Shown in pieces: positions 11,116 to 21,266 of a DNA stretch of 64,000 nucleotides. The DNA lies in contig CAWABA010000006.1 in assembly GCA_963780185.1 (NCBI GenBank), forward strand, positions 1-64,000. Direction: 5' to 3'. The notes beneath the pieces are model-generated. The model was not told the origin of the DNA. It searched no databases and worked only from the letters and a program-made list of their open reading frames with translations. How positions within the stretch are numbered: position 1 is the first letter of the stretch; each line of letters opens with the position of its first letter. Made by a program: the position numbers and the translations under genes. The stretch is from Candidatus Bathyarchaeota archaeon (lineage in GTDB: Archaea > Thermoproteota > Bathyarchaeia > Bathyarchaeales > Bathycorpusculaceae).

Positions 11116-11550
11116 ATGATCTCAGACATTTCCAATGAAGCAGGAACAAAACTCTCCAGAAACGCCATTGTACTTGCCATAGTGATGATTGTGAACGTTG
11201 TGATAATCATCCTCTTAACTCCAATCGGCTTTGAGACCCGCCCGATATCCGCATTGAAGACGCTCGGCTACATCGCGATTACTACTATTTTTACCGGTCT
11301 CGCACTGGATCTGACGTCAATCGTCCTCATTCTCTTCAAGAGAGTAAGAGTCAGGTTGGCTTCGGGTCTGGCGATCATCAGCTCGGTCCTCTTCTTCCTG
11401 ATCATTTCGGTAGATCGAACCGGTTCCTTCTTCTCGGTACCAATCCCTTCTGCAATTAACACCCTCGAATACCTCTTAACTGCCGTACTAATCGTAACTC
11501 TCATTATAGCGTCATTGGTTTACAGAGGGAGTAAGCCCGCTTCAAGCTAA
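11116..11550 (+). CDS. Hypothetical 4-TM membrane protein
   Basis: 144 aa with four hydrophobic helices; gaaggt upstream. Confidence 0.75.
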   Translation: MISDISNEAGTKLSRNAIVLAIVMIVNVVIIILLTPIGFETRPISALKTLGYIAITTIFTGLALDLTSIVLILFKRVRVRLASGLAIISSVLFFLIISVDRTGSFFSVPIPSAINTLEYLLTAVLIVTLIIASLVYRGSKPASS

Positions 11551-11848
11551 TGACTTCAATCGAACTCCAAACACAGAACCCAGACAGGTCAGCATTTCCA
11601 CCAATCTGTTTCGGAGCGCACGCCGCAGTCAGCCAAAAGTTGGTTGAGCCTAATCATTGCATATGTGCATCAGTTTTGACCGAAAATTCGTCCTGGAAAT
11701 TTTATAGTTATCCAAACGCTCTAGGCTGGCTCGGGAATAACATTTCTGCCTGAAGAATTTCGCTGGATTCTATCGTATGTCTTCTTGCAGTTCTAAAAGC
11801 GAAAACCCGAAAAATTTTGCCTATTTTCTGAAAGACCGTTGTAAAAAG

Positions 11849-11925
11849 TGGGGCCGCTGGGATTTGAACCCAGGATCGCTTGCGCCCCAGGCAAGTATCC
11901 TAATCCATGCTAGAGCGACGGCCCC
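11849..11925 (-). tRNA. tRNA-Pro(GGG)
   Basis: GGGGCCG/CGGCCCC acceptor stem, CTTGC-CTGGGGC-GCAAG anticodon arm, GGTTCAAATCC T-arm; CCA not encoded. Confidence 0.96.
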
Positions 11926-12237
11926 GCGTCTTATTCACTTAGGGTACAGTGGACTTGCCATCTGAGGTTTATTTCCTTTTCTTGGACAAGTTCAACTGTT
12001 AGTTCATTTCCACGCTGTATTATAAGTTAATGCTTGCGGTCGCAGCTTTTCGGATACAGCCTCAGGTTCCGGCTATTCCACCTGTAATCTCTGCAATCGC
12101 GCACATATCTTTCCAGCAAGTCAAGGAAAAAATCGGCAACTGAACGGCTAATTAGGATTAGCAATTCATAAGCCTTTACTTTATTGTACTCGACTTAGTT
12201 TTTAGCTCTCTAAACTGGGTTAACGGGTTGCCCGCAT

Positions 12238-12672
12238 ATGGAAAAAGAAAGCTGTCGGGGTAAACGCTTGGACAAAAAAAATCGCTGCAAAAGATTTGAG
12301 GATGTTCTTCAAGATTCGGTAGATGAAGCCTTTGCCAGTTTGGGCGAATCCGTGAAAAAGTCACTTTACTTTCATTTAGAGAACAACTTCCTGATTCCGA
12401 GACAAGACATCCCCTGCAGAATTGAAGCCTTCTCAGACGCACTTGAACGGATTTTCGGTTTAGGCGCCAAGCAACTTGAAATCTTGATAATGGAAAAGCT
12501 GTACCTGAAGGCTAACTGTTCATACAAATGGGAAGGTCCAAAGTGGCTTGTTCCAGACTTAACCTTCAAACAGTATGTTGAGTTGATCAGAATGAGCTAC
12601 GAAGACGAAGAGAAAATCCAAACATTTGAGGTGATTGTAGACGCAGGACAACGGCAAGAACAAAGAAAATAA
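12238..12672 (+). CDS. DUF3227/NitrOD5-like signalling-associated protein
   Basis: VDEAFASLGESVKKSLYFHLE..FSDALERIFGLGAKQLEILI pattern, recalled from kinase-linked archaeal proteins. Confidence 0.7.
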   Translation: MEKESCRGKRLDKKNRCKRFEDVLQDSVDEAFASLGESVKKSLYFHLENNFLIPRQDIPCRIEAFSDALERIFGLGAKQLEILIMEKLYLKANCSYKWEGPKWLVPDLTFKQYVELIRMSYEDEEKIQTFEVIVDAGQRQEQRK

Positions 12673-15600
12673 GAAAAACGCCGAAGCATTAATCGATCTT
12701 TTTCCCGACTCGGTAGTAATAGTTGACACTAAAGGAAAAATTGTAGCCGCAAACAAAGGTGTTGGAAAATGGGCAGGCTACACTGCTGAAGATTTAGTCG
12801 GGAAAAACTTTTTTGAACAGGGCTTCTTCGAAAAGGAAACGAAAAAGGCTTTACAAAAAAACATAACAAAGAGGCTGGCAGGCTCTCTAACGTCTACCTA
12901 CGAAATCAAAATTAAAGACCAAAACGGCGATTTTAAGTTTTTAGAAATAAAGGGTAACAAAATTGAGTATGAGGGGCAAATCTGCGACCTTGTAATTTTC
13001 CATGACGTAACTGAGCGGTCGAACAATCAAAAAAGGCTGCAGCAAGAACTGCTTAAAAGTGAAGAGAAGTTTTATGGGATAACGAATTCGATCAGGGACG
13101 CCATAATTTTGGTCGATAATGAAGCCAATGTGGTTTATTGGAATCCTGCGGCTGAAAAAATGTTTGGTTATACGGTGGAAGAGGCAACTGGCAAATATAT
13201 TCATGAATTGGTTGTTCCTAAAACGCTCTGTAAGGAAGGACAAGAGCGCATTGATACCAGCGTAAATGTTTTCGGCAACACGGGAATGGGGTACTTCACG
13301 GTTGGAAGTGTCGAAGTACTTGGCTGTCGAAAGGACGGAACCGAATTTCCCGCCAAGCTAGCAGTGTCGCCGATGAAGCTGGGTGAAAAGTGGCACGCGG
13401 TTGGGGTAGTCAGAGACATCACACTGCGAAAAGGAGAAGAGCAGAAACTTAGAGAAGCAGAACAACGTTACCACGCGCTATTTAATCAGGCACCCTTAGG
13501 AATCGTGATAATAGATCCCAACACAACATCGTTCGTCGAATTTAACGATGTCTCGCATCTGCAGTTAGGTTATACCCGCGAACAATTCGGAAAACTTACC
13601 CTATACGACATAACCGGTGAAGAAAACACAGATATAATCAGGTCTCGAATGGACGAGATATTGCGTACAGGCGCCGGCGAATTTGAAACCAAACACCGCA
13701 GCAAAGATGGCAGCATCAGGAACGTGTTGACAATTGCCATAGCGCTACAGTTGGCGGGCAAGACATTTGTTCACGCTGTTTTTCATGACGTGACGGAAAT
13801 GCGGAAAGTGCAAAACGACTTAGTCGAAAGTGAAGCACGGTACCGCCAACTAGTCGAGCTCGCCCAAGAAGGCATATGGGCTGTAGATAACGAATTGAAC
13901 ACAGTGTTTGTTAACCCTCGGTTAGCGCAAATGTTAGGTTACTCTCAGAGTGAAATGGTTGGAAGAAACCTTGTTGACTTTCCTGACAAAAATATCGTTG
14001 ACAAAATTACGAAAATCTTGCAGAAATTCGACCGATCTGGAATGAAGGGGCAATATGAATACGAGTTCCAACATAAAGACGGATCACGTATCAACACTAG
14101 CTTGGCGGTTTCTACCATAACTGATGATCAAGGGCAAGTTGTTGGAAAGCTTGCTTTGGTGGCTGACATTACTGCGCGCAAACAAATGGAAAACGAGCTA
14201 AGAGAAAGTGAAGAGCGGTTCCGCGCTATCAGCACGTCTGCCATGGATGCCATCATTCTGGTTGATGATGCCGATACAGTAATTTATTGGAATCCCGCAG
14301 CAGAGAAAGCCTTCGGGTACTCTGAAAAAGAAGCATTAGGCAGAAAATTAGCTGCACTCGTAATTCCATCACAAGGGCATTTGAAGCACCATGCGATTCT
14401 GCAAGAAATCATTCAAAATCCCTCTTTAGAAAGACACTTTGAATTTCCGGCGAAAAAGAAGGATGGAACCAATCTTCCAGTTGAAATAGCCGTTACTTCC
14501 TTGGTGCTTAACGACAAGAACTGTATGTTAGCCATCGCGAGAGACGTTTCTGAACGCAGAACAATGGAGGACGCACTGAAGCAGGAGCGCGATATGCTTG
14601 AAAACATGGCGACAAGCATGGACGCCGGACTCACACTCATCAGCAGAGACTACCGTGTCCTATGGGCTAACCAACTGCTAAAACAAGTCAGCGGCAACGA
14701 ACTGGAAAACAAGCATTGCTACTCAATCTACGACCACTCAGACAAAATTTGCGAAGATTGCGGAGTGCGAAAAATCTTTGAAAACGGCATCGCCGTTGAT
14801 CGCCACGACTACAAACTTAAAATTTACGGACGCAACGAATGGGTCGAGCTTATCGTCACCCCAGTGAGAGACAAAGATGGCAAGATCGTGGCTGCTTTGG
14901 AGCTGGCAGTGAACATAACTGAGAGGAAACGGCTACAAAACAAGCTAGCTCGAGTACTCGCAACGTCTCGAGGAACTGGTTCAGCAGAGAACTGAGCAGC
15001 TAAAGAAAACCCAAGCTGAACTTGTAAAGTCGGAGCGTCTGGCAGCCATCGGCGAGTTAGCTGGCATGGTTGGGCATGACTTACGCAATCCACTGAGCGG
15101 AATCAAAAATTCTGCCTATTTCATGAAGAAGAAAGGCTCTGAAATTTCTCAAACCCAATCTAAAGAGATGCTTGAAATAATCGATAGATGCGTTGATTAT
15201 TCAAACAAGATTGTAAATGATCTTTTAGATTACTCAAGAGACATTCGTCTGGAGTTGCAGGAGTGTTCCCCAAGGCAGTTGATGATGGAATCTTTAGCTA
15301 TGGTTCAAGTGCCAGAGAACGTAAAAATCGTAAACAACCTGTTGCACAAGCAGACTTTGAAGGCTGACCCTGACAAAATGAAACGCGTTTTTATAAATCT
15401 AATCAAGAACGCGATTGATGCAATGCCTAACGGAGGAAAATTGACGATTGCTGGCAAAGTAAAAGGCAACTTCACAATTTCCTTCGCGGATACAGGCATG
15501 GGAATCAGTGACTTAGTTCTTCCTAAACTTTTCTCCCCGCTATTTACTACCAAAGCAAAGGGAATGGGTTTCGGCTTGGCGATATGCAAACGTATCGTGG

Positions 15601-15755
15601 AAGCCCATGGCGGACTAATCGCGGTTGAAACAGCCAAAAACCAAGGAACCACTTTTACGCTTGTGTTGCCGATTGAGCCAAAAATTGACGTTGGAGGTGA
15701 AAAAATTTGGGTAAACATGCCAAAATCCTCATTGTCGATGACGACGAAAACATAA
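12641..15755 (+). CDS. Multi-PAS sensor histidine kinase (apparent ACG start; one frameshift near 14951)
   Basis: Frame is open 12641-14995 with about 6 PAS units; removing one base gives EYSQRLEELVQQRT..GHDLRNPL..NAIDA..GMGFGL. Confidence 0.85.
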
Positions 15756-16159
15756 GGAACACTATGGAAGCCATACTTGAAAACGAAGGCTACATAGTTG
15801 AAACTGCAGTCTCCGGGGGCGAAGCAGTCAAGAAAACGCAGAAAACAGCGTTTAACATCGCGTTGCTAGATATTCGTCTGCCTGACATGGAAGGCGTTGA
15901 ACTTCTCAAACTGATAAAAGACGGCGTTCCGAGGACACGAAAAATCATGGTGACGGGTTATCCATCGATGGAAAATGCGATAGCAGCCTTAAACAAGAAC
16001 GCGGATGCCTACCTGATAAAACCTGTAGACGTCGAAAGCCTTCTGGCAACCGTAAAGCAACAGTTGCAACTGCAGGAAGGCGAAAGAGAATTCAGCGAAC
16101 AAAAAGTAGCAGCATTCATCGAAAGCAGAGTCAAAGAACTCGAAATAAACCATATTTAA
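15707..16159 (+). CDS. Response regulator (receiver + short helical tail)
   Basis: ILIVDDD, LLDIRLPDMEG, TGY, IKP; GGAGGTGA before the TTG. Confidence 0.93.
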   Translation: MGKHAKILIVDDDENIRNTMEAILENEGYIVETAVSGGEAVKKTQKTAFNIALLDIRLPDMEGVELLKLIKDGVPRTRKIMVTGYPSMENAIAALNKNADAYLIKPVDVESLLATVKQQLQLQEGEREFSEQKVAAFIESRVKELEINHI

Positions 16160-16339
16160 GAAAACCCAATTTCTCTACAACCAGCGTGAGCCTTTCGCCC
16201 ATTCACCTGTTGTTGCTAATGCACAGTCACGTATGTTAATTAGCGGTGCTCAAACTTCTTTTCTCGGGGAAGAAAATGGAAGCTCGAAAAGCCATTGGCA
16301 AATTGCGTTTTCTTGAGTCTTTTTTGGAGGTGAACCGCT

Positions 16340-16504
16340 TTGGCAGATGACAAAGAGAAGGGCGAATTCACGATTCAGCAGAGGAAGAAAAAAAGGGAGA
16401 TAATTGAGGAGAATCATCATCAGGTGAGTGTTCCGCCGGATGTTAGTGATGAAGAGAGGAAAGCGTTGGCGCAAACAGGTGACGACGCAACGTCAGGATG
16501 GTAA
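16340..16504 (+). CDS. Small charged 54-aa protein (below the ORF-track cutoff)
   Basis: GGAGGTGA at 16326-16333, TTG start; MADDKEKGEFTIQQRKKKREIIEENHHQVSVPPDVSDEERKALAQTGDDATSGW. Confidence 0.7.
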   Translation: MADDKEKGEFTIQQRKKKREIIEENHHQVSVPPDVSDEERKALAQTGDDATSGW

Positions 16505-16598
16505 TCTTCTTTCAATCCGCGGGTAGAGTTCGACGTTCTTCCTGCCTATTTAAGAAGGTCTACCTGAACAGTCGACGAAACAACCCAAAATTCACATA

Positions 16599-16758
16599 TT
16601 TCAAGTCCTGAACCAGAAAAGCAACCCAAAACAAGCCGCACCAGAAGCCTCCGACGGAGGGGAGGGGTCTAGTGATTTACATCAAAAAACCCATGTAAAA
16701 ATGGATTAGCGACCGAGGGAGGGGGTCTACTATTTGTGACCAAAACCAACCACAAAAA
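16599..16758 (+). repeat. Dispersed non-coding repeat, copy B (G-rich core present twice)
   Basis: Matches the reverse complement of 5085-5183; gggagggg(g)tcta occurs twice. Confidence 0.8.
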
Positions 16759-16815
16759 CTAGTAGGCAAAAACATTATTACTTTGAGTGTGACTCAGTTT
16801 TGTTGAGGTTAATTC

Positions 16816-17067
16816 ATGTTCTCTTTCCTGTTCGTTGTGACAATAAATTCTGTTTTGAGCAGTTTAGGGCTCGCTTGGCTTAGCCTGCCGTTGCTTCTGG
16901 TTCTGGTTGTCGTCGGCTTGATAATAATAGTGCTCATTAAGCTTTTTCTGGTGCTGATTCCAGCAATAATCGTCGCCGCCATCGTGTATTTCCTCACGGG
17001 TGATCTGCTATGGACAGGCATCGCCTTTCTCGTAGTCGCGCTCCTATCAATCGCCGCCAAAATCTAA
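16816..17067 (+). CDS. Small membrane protein
   Basis: Almost wholly hydrophobic 83 aa; gaggt upstream. Confidence 0.7.
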   Translation: MFSFLFVVTINSVLSSLGLAWLSLPLLLVLVVVGLIIIVLIKLFLVLIPAIIVAAIVYFLTGDLLWTGIAFLVVALLSIAAKI

Positions 17068-17224
17068 ACCGCCCGAACTGCCCATTTCAGAAGACAAAGC
17101 CCAGCCAAACAAGCGTGCTCAAAAGCTAAGCGCAAAACAATAGTTCACAGGCTTTCATAAGCCTTTTATATATGGTGGTGGGTTCATGGATAATACAAGC
17201 ACTATTATAAGGACACGATAAAGT

Positions 17225-17470
17225 ATGATGATGGAACCAAGTAAAAAACCCTTAAACGTACTCATAAAGCAACTGCATGGAAACATCGAAGTTGTCCTAA
17301 AGAACGGCTATGAATACAAGGGAAAAATGATAAAATGCGACGGCCACATGAACATCCTGCTTGAAGGAGCCAACGAACTCAAAGACGAACAGCTGATGAC
17401 AAACTACGGCAACGTACTGCTACGCGGAAACAACATCCTCTACGTTGTCTTAGACGCCAACAAACACTAA
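17225..17470 (+). CDS. Sm/LSm-like archaeal RNA-binding protein (SmAP)
   Basis: Sm1 VVLKNG..GKMIKCDGHMNILL and Sm2 LLRGNNI. Confidence 0.93.
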   Translation: MMMEPSKKPLNVLIKQLHGNIEVVLKNGYEYKGKMIKCDGHMNILLEGANELKDEQLMTNYGNVLLRGNNILYVVLDANKH

Positions 17471-18367
17471 AAAACTAAGCTTCTAACCTTTCCCGTCACG
17501 TAGTCGCAGGCTGCATCAACAGCCAAATCCACGTTGAACTTGCGGCTAAAAAAAGTAAGCACATTCTTTAAGTCACGCACAAGAAGTTCCTGCGCGTTAA
17601 CATGGTCAGCACTAACGTATTGAGGCCAATCGATGATTAAGATGTGCCCGTCAGGCTTCAAAATTATGTTGTACTCGCTTAGGTCACCGTGAATAACATG
17701 CGCTTTTAGGTAGGTTTTGCGGACATTGCGCAAAATCTCCTTCAAAACTTTCTTGGGGTCACCCACGTCTTTGTACTTTGACAATTCGCCGCCTTCAATC
17801 ATCCCCATCGCGATAACATGCCTGTTCTGGCTAATCGGCTTAGGCACCGAAACCCCCTTTCGCGTAAACAAGCTCCAAAGCTTGAAATTCCTTCTCTGCC
17901 GCGACATGCGACTGGAAAAGCCAAGACGAATGCTCCCGAACATAGCCCCGCATCCTTCTGGTTTGCCTAAAACTTATCCTGCCTAACCTGTGAAACTTGA
18001 CTGCGATACGTTCGCCGCTGGGGCTCAATGCATCATAAACATCTGCTTCTTTGCCTACACCTAAGATTTGCCCGAAAGACTCGATAACGCCCGCTTTCAC
18101 GAGGGCATTTATGGCGAGGGCATCGTAGCCAGCATAGTTCAGTTTGTGCCCAACATAGGAGCCTTTTGATCGGTAAGTCAAGCCTAACTTGTTTAATCTG
18201 CCAAGCGTGAACTCTATGCGGTCCATTGGCAGTTTGGCGTATTTCTGTATCTGCTCCACTGGGACAAAGTCGCGTTTGCTCATCGCGGTCTCTATAATCT
18301 GGAGGACCCTGAAATCTTCATTTTCCAGATCACGGAAAACCCTGACAGCCATTTCAGCACTCGACAT
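17467..18367 (-). CDS. rio2: RIO2-type Ser/Thr kinase (frameshift in a G-run near 17853)
   Basis: N-terminal wHTH, GVGKEADVY, KFHRLGRISF, IHGDLSEYNI, IIDWPQ. Confidence 0.9.
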
Positions 18368-18382
18368 ACTAGGCATTATGAA

Positions 18383-18573
18383 CAGGTTTTCCACTATAAA
18401 GGCTACGTAACTAGTTGCGTCTAACGCTATTCGCCAACATATTCCTCAAGGAACCCCGTCCTCAATGAGATTTACCAGGTTTTCCACTATAAAGGCTACG
18501 TAACATAGTTCCGTCTAATGCTTTTCGCCAACATATCTTCTCAAGCGCACACTGTCCTCAATGAGATTACCAG
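18383..18573. repeat. Imperfect ~94-bp tandem repeat upstream of rio2
   Basis: caggttttt?ccactataaaggctacgtaac..gtcctcaatgagatt at 18383 and 18476. Confidence 0.9.
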
Positions 18574-18674
18574 TTTGTTGCCACCTTGAAGGTCTCGCAG
18601 GCTCAGAATAAAAAACATCTATTGCCACCAGCGGCGCCTTTGGTGGCGAGCGGTTGCCTTATTGATGTTCGACT

Positions 18675-19169
18675 TTACGGAGTGCCGTGTAAAGGAATAA
18701 GGATGAAAAAAAGTATATTTCCAATTACGACCAATAGAAACATTAAGATGGTGCCGTTGGCGTAACTAAATGTCTGGTTAATGACAGTGTCATGTAAATC
18801 GAGTGTCAAAAGATTCCAAGAACCGCTCAAGCCAAAGCGAGTTAAATCCTCGAAAAGTTCGCGATCGGTTTGGATGACAAAATAAATACCCAAGGCATTG
18901 CTCAGAGTTATTGCGGCAATGTAACTAAGCACTATTGTTGAGACATTTTTTCGCTGAGCTTTGTTAGAGACGGTCGATCCTTTTCCGGGAATTGGCTGGG
19001 TTGATGGGTGCCGACGACCAAGGCTAATTACCAAGACGCCTACAACAATTATGAAAAGGCCAATCTGCAATGAATAATAAGGCAACAGCCACGGTGACGC
19101 GACAGAAAGAAAGACACCGATCAAAGCAACAACTATGCCGATAAAAAGCGATTTACGATTACGATTCAC
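18675..19169 (-). CDS. Hypothetical membrane protein
   Basis: 164 aa with 4 TM segments; gcaggtg upstream. Confidence 0.7.
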   Translation of the reverse strand: MNRNRKSLFIGIVVALIGVFLSVASPWLLPYYSLQIGLFIIVVGVLVISLGRRHPSTQPIPGKGSTVSNKAQRKNVSTIVLSYIAAITLSNALGIYFVIQTDRELFEDLTRFGLSGSWNLLTLDLHDTVINQTFSYANGTILMFLLVVIGNILFFILIPLHGTP

Positions 19170-19482
19170 GAATATGCACCTGCCGCCAAACCTAAAAGGT
19201 TCTCTCGGATTCAGCCTCTAATAAGGTTTGTGAAAGATTCTTCTATGACTCCTCTATCAGAATGTTGCACGTGAAAGGGACATTAAATTTGCTCTATCAA
19301 TAAAAGTGAATTATTTTTTAAGGAATAATTCATTGGGCTATGCTTATTCGTATCTGCCAATCTGTCTTTGCATCTCTAACGGAGCAAGCAAGGAACAATA
19401 TTCACCAATTACCTGTTTCAATGCTTGAGCGGTTATGACAAAATTGATTATTAGCCCGTCAACTACAACAAATCCAGAAATT

Positions 19483-19917
19483 TTAACAATTGTTCGCCAG
19501 TGCCTTATCTAGAAATTCTTCTATACTTTTTTCCTCCAGCCTTATTGCTACTTTTCCTTTTATTGTCAAGATATGTAATGCTGACTCACCTTGCACTTTA
19601 CCAGGTCTACAACCATTTTTTTCGACCCATCTCCCGAATTTGAGCGCATCTATGCGTCGATAAACAGTCTTAGAATCAACATGCTTGTACCCTTTTATCG
19701 TGCGGATTTGTTTATAGAGTTCATATTTGGTGAGCGGCGTTTTGGAAAAGCGCAGAATCAGCAGTATGATGCGGTTTAGGGTTGCTTCTTTGCTGCTAAA
19801 CACTTTAAGCGGCGTTCCTTTGCGTTTCTTCCGCGCCAGGGTTCTCCAGTCGCTTTCTAGCTTTTGGAGAAGTCGCATGGGTTCTGCAGCCGAATTTTCC
19901 GCGCCCATACGCGACAA
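19483..19917 (-). CDS. Winged-helix-like DNA-binding protein (start and C-terminus uncertain)
   Basis: LNRIILLIL..PLTKYELYKQI..TVYRRIDALK..GRWVEK..LTIKG; probable late frameshift (alternative end EQLLKFLDLL). Confidence 0.6.
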   Translation of the reverse strand: MSRMGAENSAAEPMRLLQKLESDWRTLARKKRKGTPLKVFSSKEATLNRIILLILRFSKTPLTKYELYKQIRTIKGYKHVDSKTVYRRIDALKFGRWVEKNGCRPGKVQGESALHILTIKGKVAIRLEEKSIEEFLDKALANNC

Positions 19918-19925
19918 TGCCGTTT

Positions 19926-20154
19926 ATGTTGCGTCAACATGGAAAGTCGCAACCTGCCCATCCCGCAACATAGAACGCTGCCGACGCGAATAAAGCTGAG
20001 CTTAATCTTGACCCGAAGCCCACTTTTCAACCTGTCTGGCGCCTTCATGTTGCTGGGAAATTTAATTTTTCCAAGCGGAACCCAAAATCTTCATGGAAGC
20101 GGATTCGCCCATATCCGACAGTGCCTGCCCATCCCAGCTATGTTGAGTCAACAT
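19926..20154. promoter_or_regulatory. Two ATGTTG-N3-CAACAT palindromes
   Basis: atgttgcgtcaacat at 19926-19940 and atgttgagtcaacat at 20140-20154, each followed by ggaaa. Confidence 0.55.
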
Positions 20155-20476
20155 GGAAAATCGCGGGAAAGTCGCATCCGACAGTGCGCAACATAGCAGC
20201 ATGGGCAGACACGACCAAATCTACTTGTGTTTCAAACTCAGAACCCAAAAAGCAACTGGGAAACCAGCCAGAAAAAAGTCTCAACTTATCCCTGGGGGAA
20301 AGTCTCACAAAAAATATCCCTTAAAACCAGATAAAACCCTGCGAAACCAGTTCAAGCTTCTTTTTTCCATCAGAAATATGGCGTTTTTTTGGGTTGGACT
20401 TATATGGGGGTTTCTGCATGATAATGAATTGTACGCCAAAATGCCTACCGTACATTATAACATTTGGTTTTGAAAC

Positions 20477-21208
20477 ATGGCTGTAGAACAAGAAAGCGTT
20501 TCAAAGATACTTTCGATCCTTTCGCATCCTTTGAGAAGAGAAATACTACTTAACCTCAGCGAAAAAGGAGAATCATCCTTCACCGAGTTGCTGAACCTGC
20601 TAAAGGTCGACACGGGAAAACTGAGTTTTCATCTCCGCTCTCTGGAAGCCTTCATAGAGCAAACGCCTTCAGGCAAATACAGGCTAAGTCGGGCTGGAGA
20701 AAACGCGGTCAGAATCGTGCATGACATCGAAGGATGGGCTGAAGTCGCTGATATTCGAAGTAAAGAAAGCCAGCTTCCGCTCGCATCATTCAGAAAAAGA
20801 GTTTCAGCCTTCCTGATTGACTTCGCAATAATTCTGGCAATCACAATGACAATTATTATTCTTCCCGAAGTCCTGTCCATGACGAACAACCTGGGCGGAA
20901 TATTCAGCACAGTACTTTTCATCACAGTGGGTCTGCTTTGGCTTTACTCCACACTGCTGGAAGGCTTTAACGGTCAAAGCATAGGCAAACGAGTCACAGG
21001 ATTAAAGGTTGTCAGAACAGACGGAAAGAAAATGTCCTACGACCACGCGGCAATCAGGAACTTCGGAAAAGTCTTGCCTATCTTGCCTTTTGACTTGCTT
21101 TTGGGGTGGCGAATAAAAAACACCGCCTTCATGAGGTACTTCGACAAATTCGCGGGAACAACCGTGATAGACCTGCGTTTACATCCTGCCCCTGCCCAAC
21201 CTGCATAG
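20477..21208 (+). CDS. ArsR-like HTH + RDD membrane domain protein
   Basis: LSHPLRREIL..LSFHLRSL; RVSAFLID, GQSIGKRVTGLKVV, DKFAGTTV. Confidence 0.88.
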   Translation: MAVEQESVSKILSILSHPLRREILLNLSEKGESSFTELLNLLKVDTGKLSFHLRSLEAFIEQTPSGKYRLSRAGENAVRIVHDIEGWAEVADIRSKESQLPLASFRKRVSAFLIDFAIILAITMTIIILPEVLSMTNNLGGIFSTVLFITVGLLWLYSTLLEGFNGQSIGKRVTGLKVVRTDGKKMSYDHAAIRNFGKVLPILPFDLLLGWRIKNTAFMRYFDKFAGTTVIDLRLHPAPAQPA

Positions 21209-21266
21209 AAGAAACTGGAGCGCGTCAAAAAGCAAACGCGGATGAGTCAAGTCTGAAGTTGGCGGG

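Noticed and set aside
11777-11965. ORFs overlapping tRNA genes (also 23639-23923 and 24496-24769)
   Set aside because: Spurious translations of tRNA sequence
12670-12672. Stop-codon readthrough from the DUF3227-like gene into the PAS kinase
   Set aside because: The PAS coding frame differs from the upstream gene's frame
14940-14995. Programmed frameshift separating the PAS and kinase halves
   Set aside because: No slippery sequence; it matches the general pattern of single-base insertions in this assembly
16520-16582. Hammerhead-like CTGA..CGAAAC with a ggtaga/tctacc stem
   Set aside because: Lacks the CUGANGA core and a proper stem II
19727-20473. Several overlapping ORFs upstream of the wHTH gene
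   Set aside because: No SD or protein-like composition; better explained as repeat/regulatory DNA
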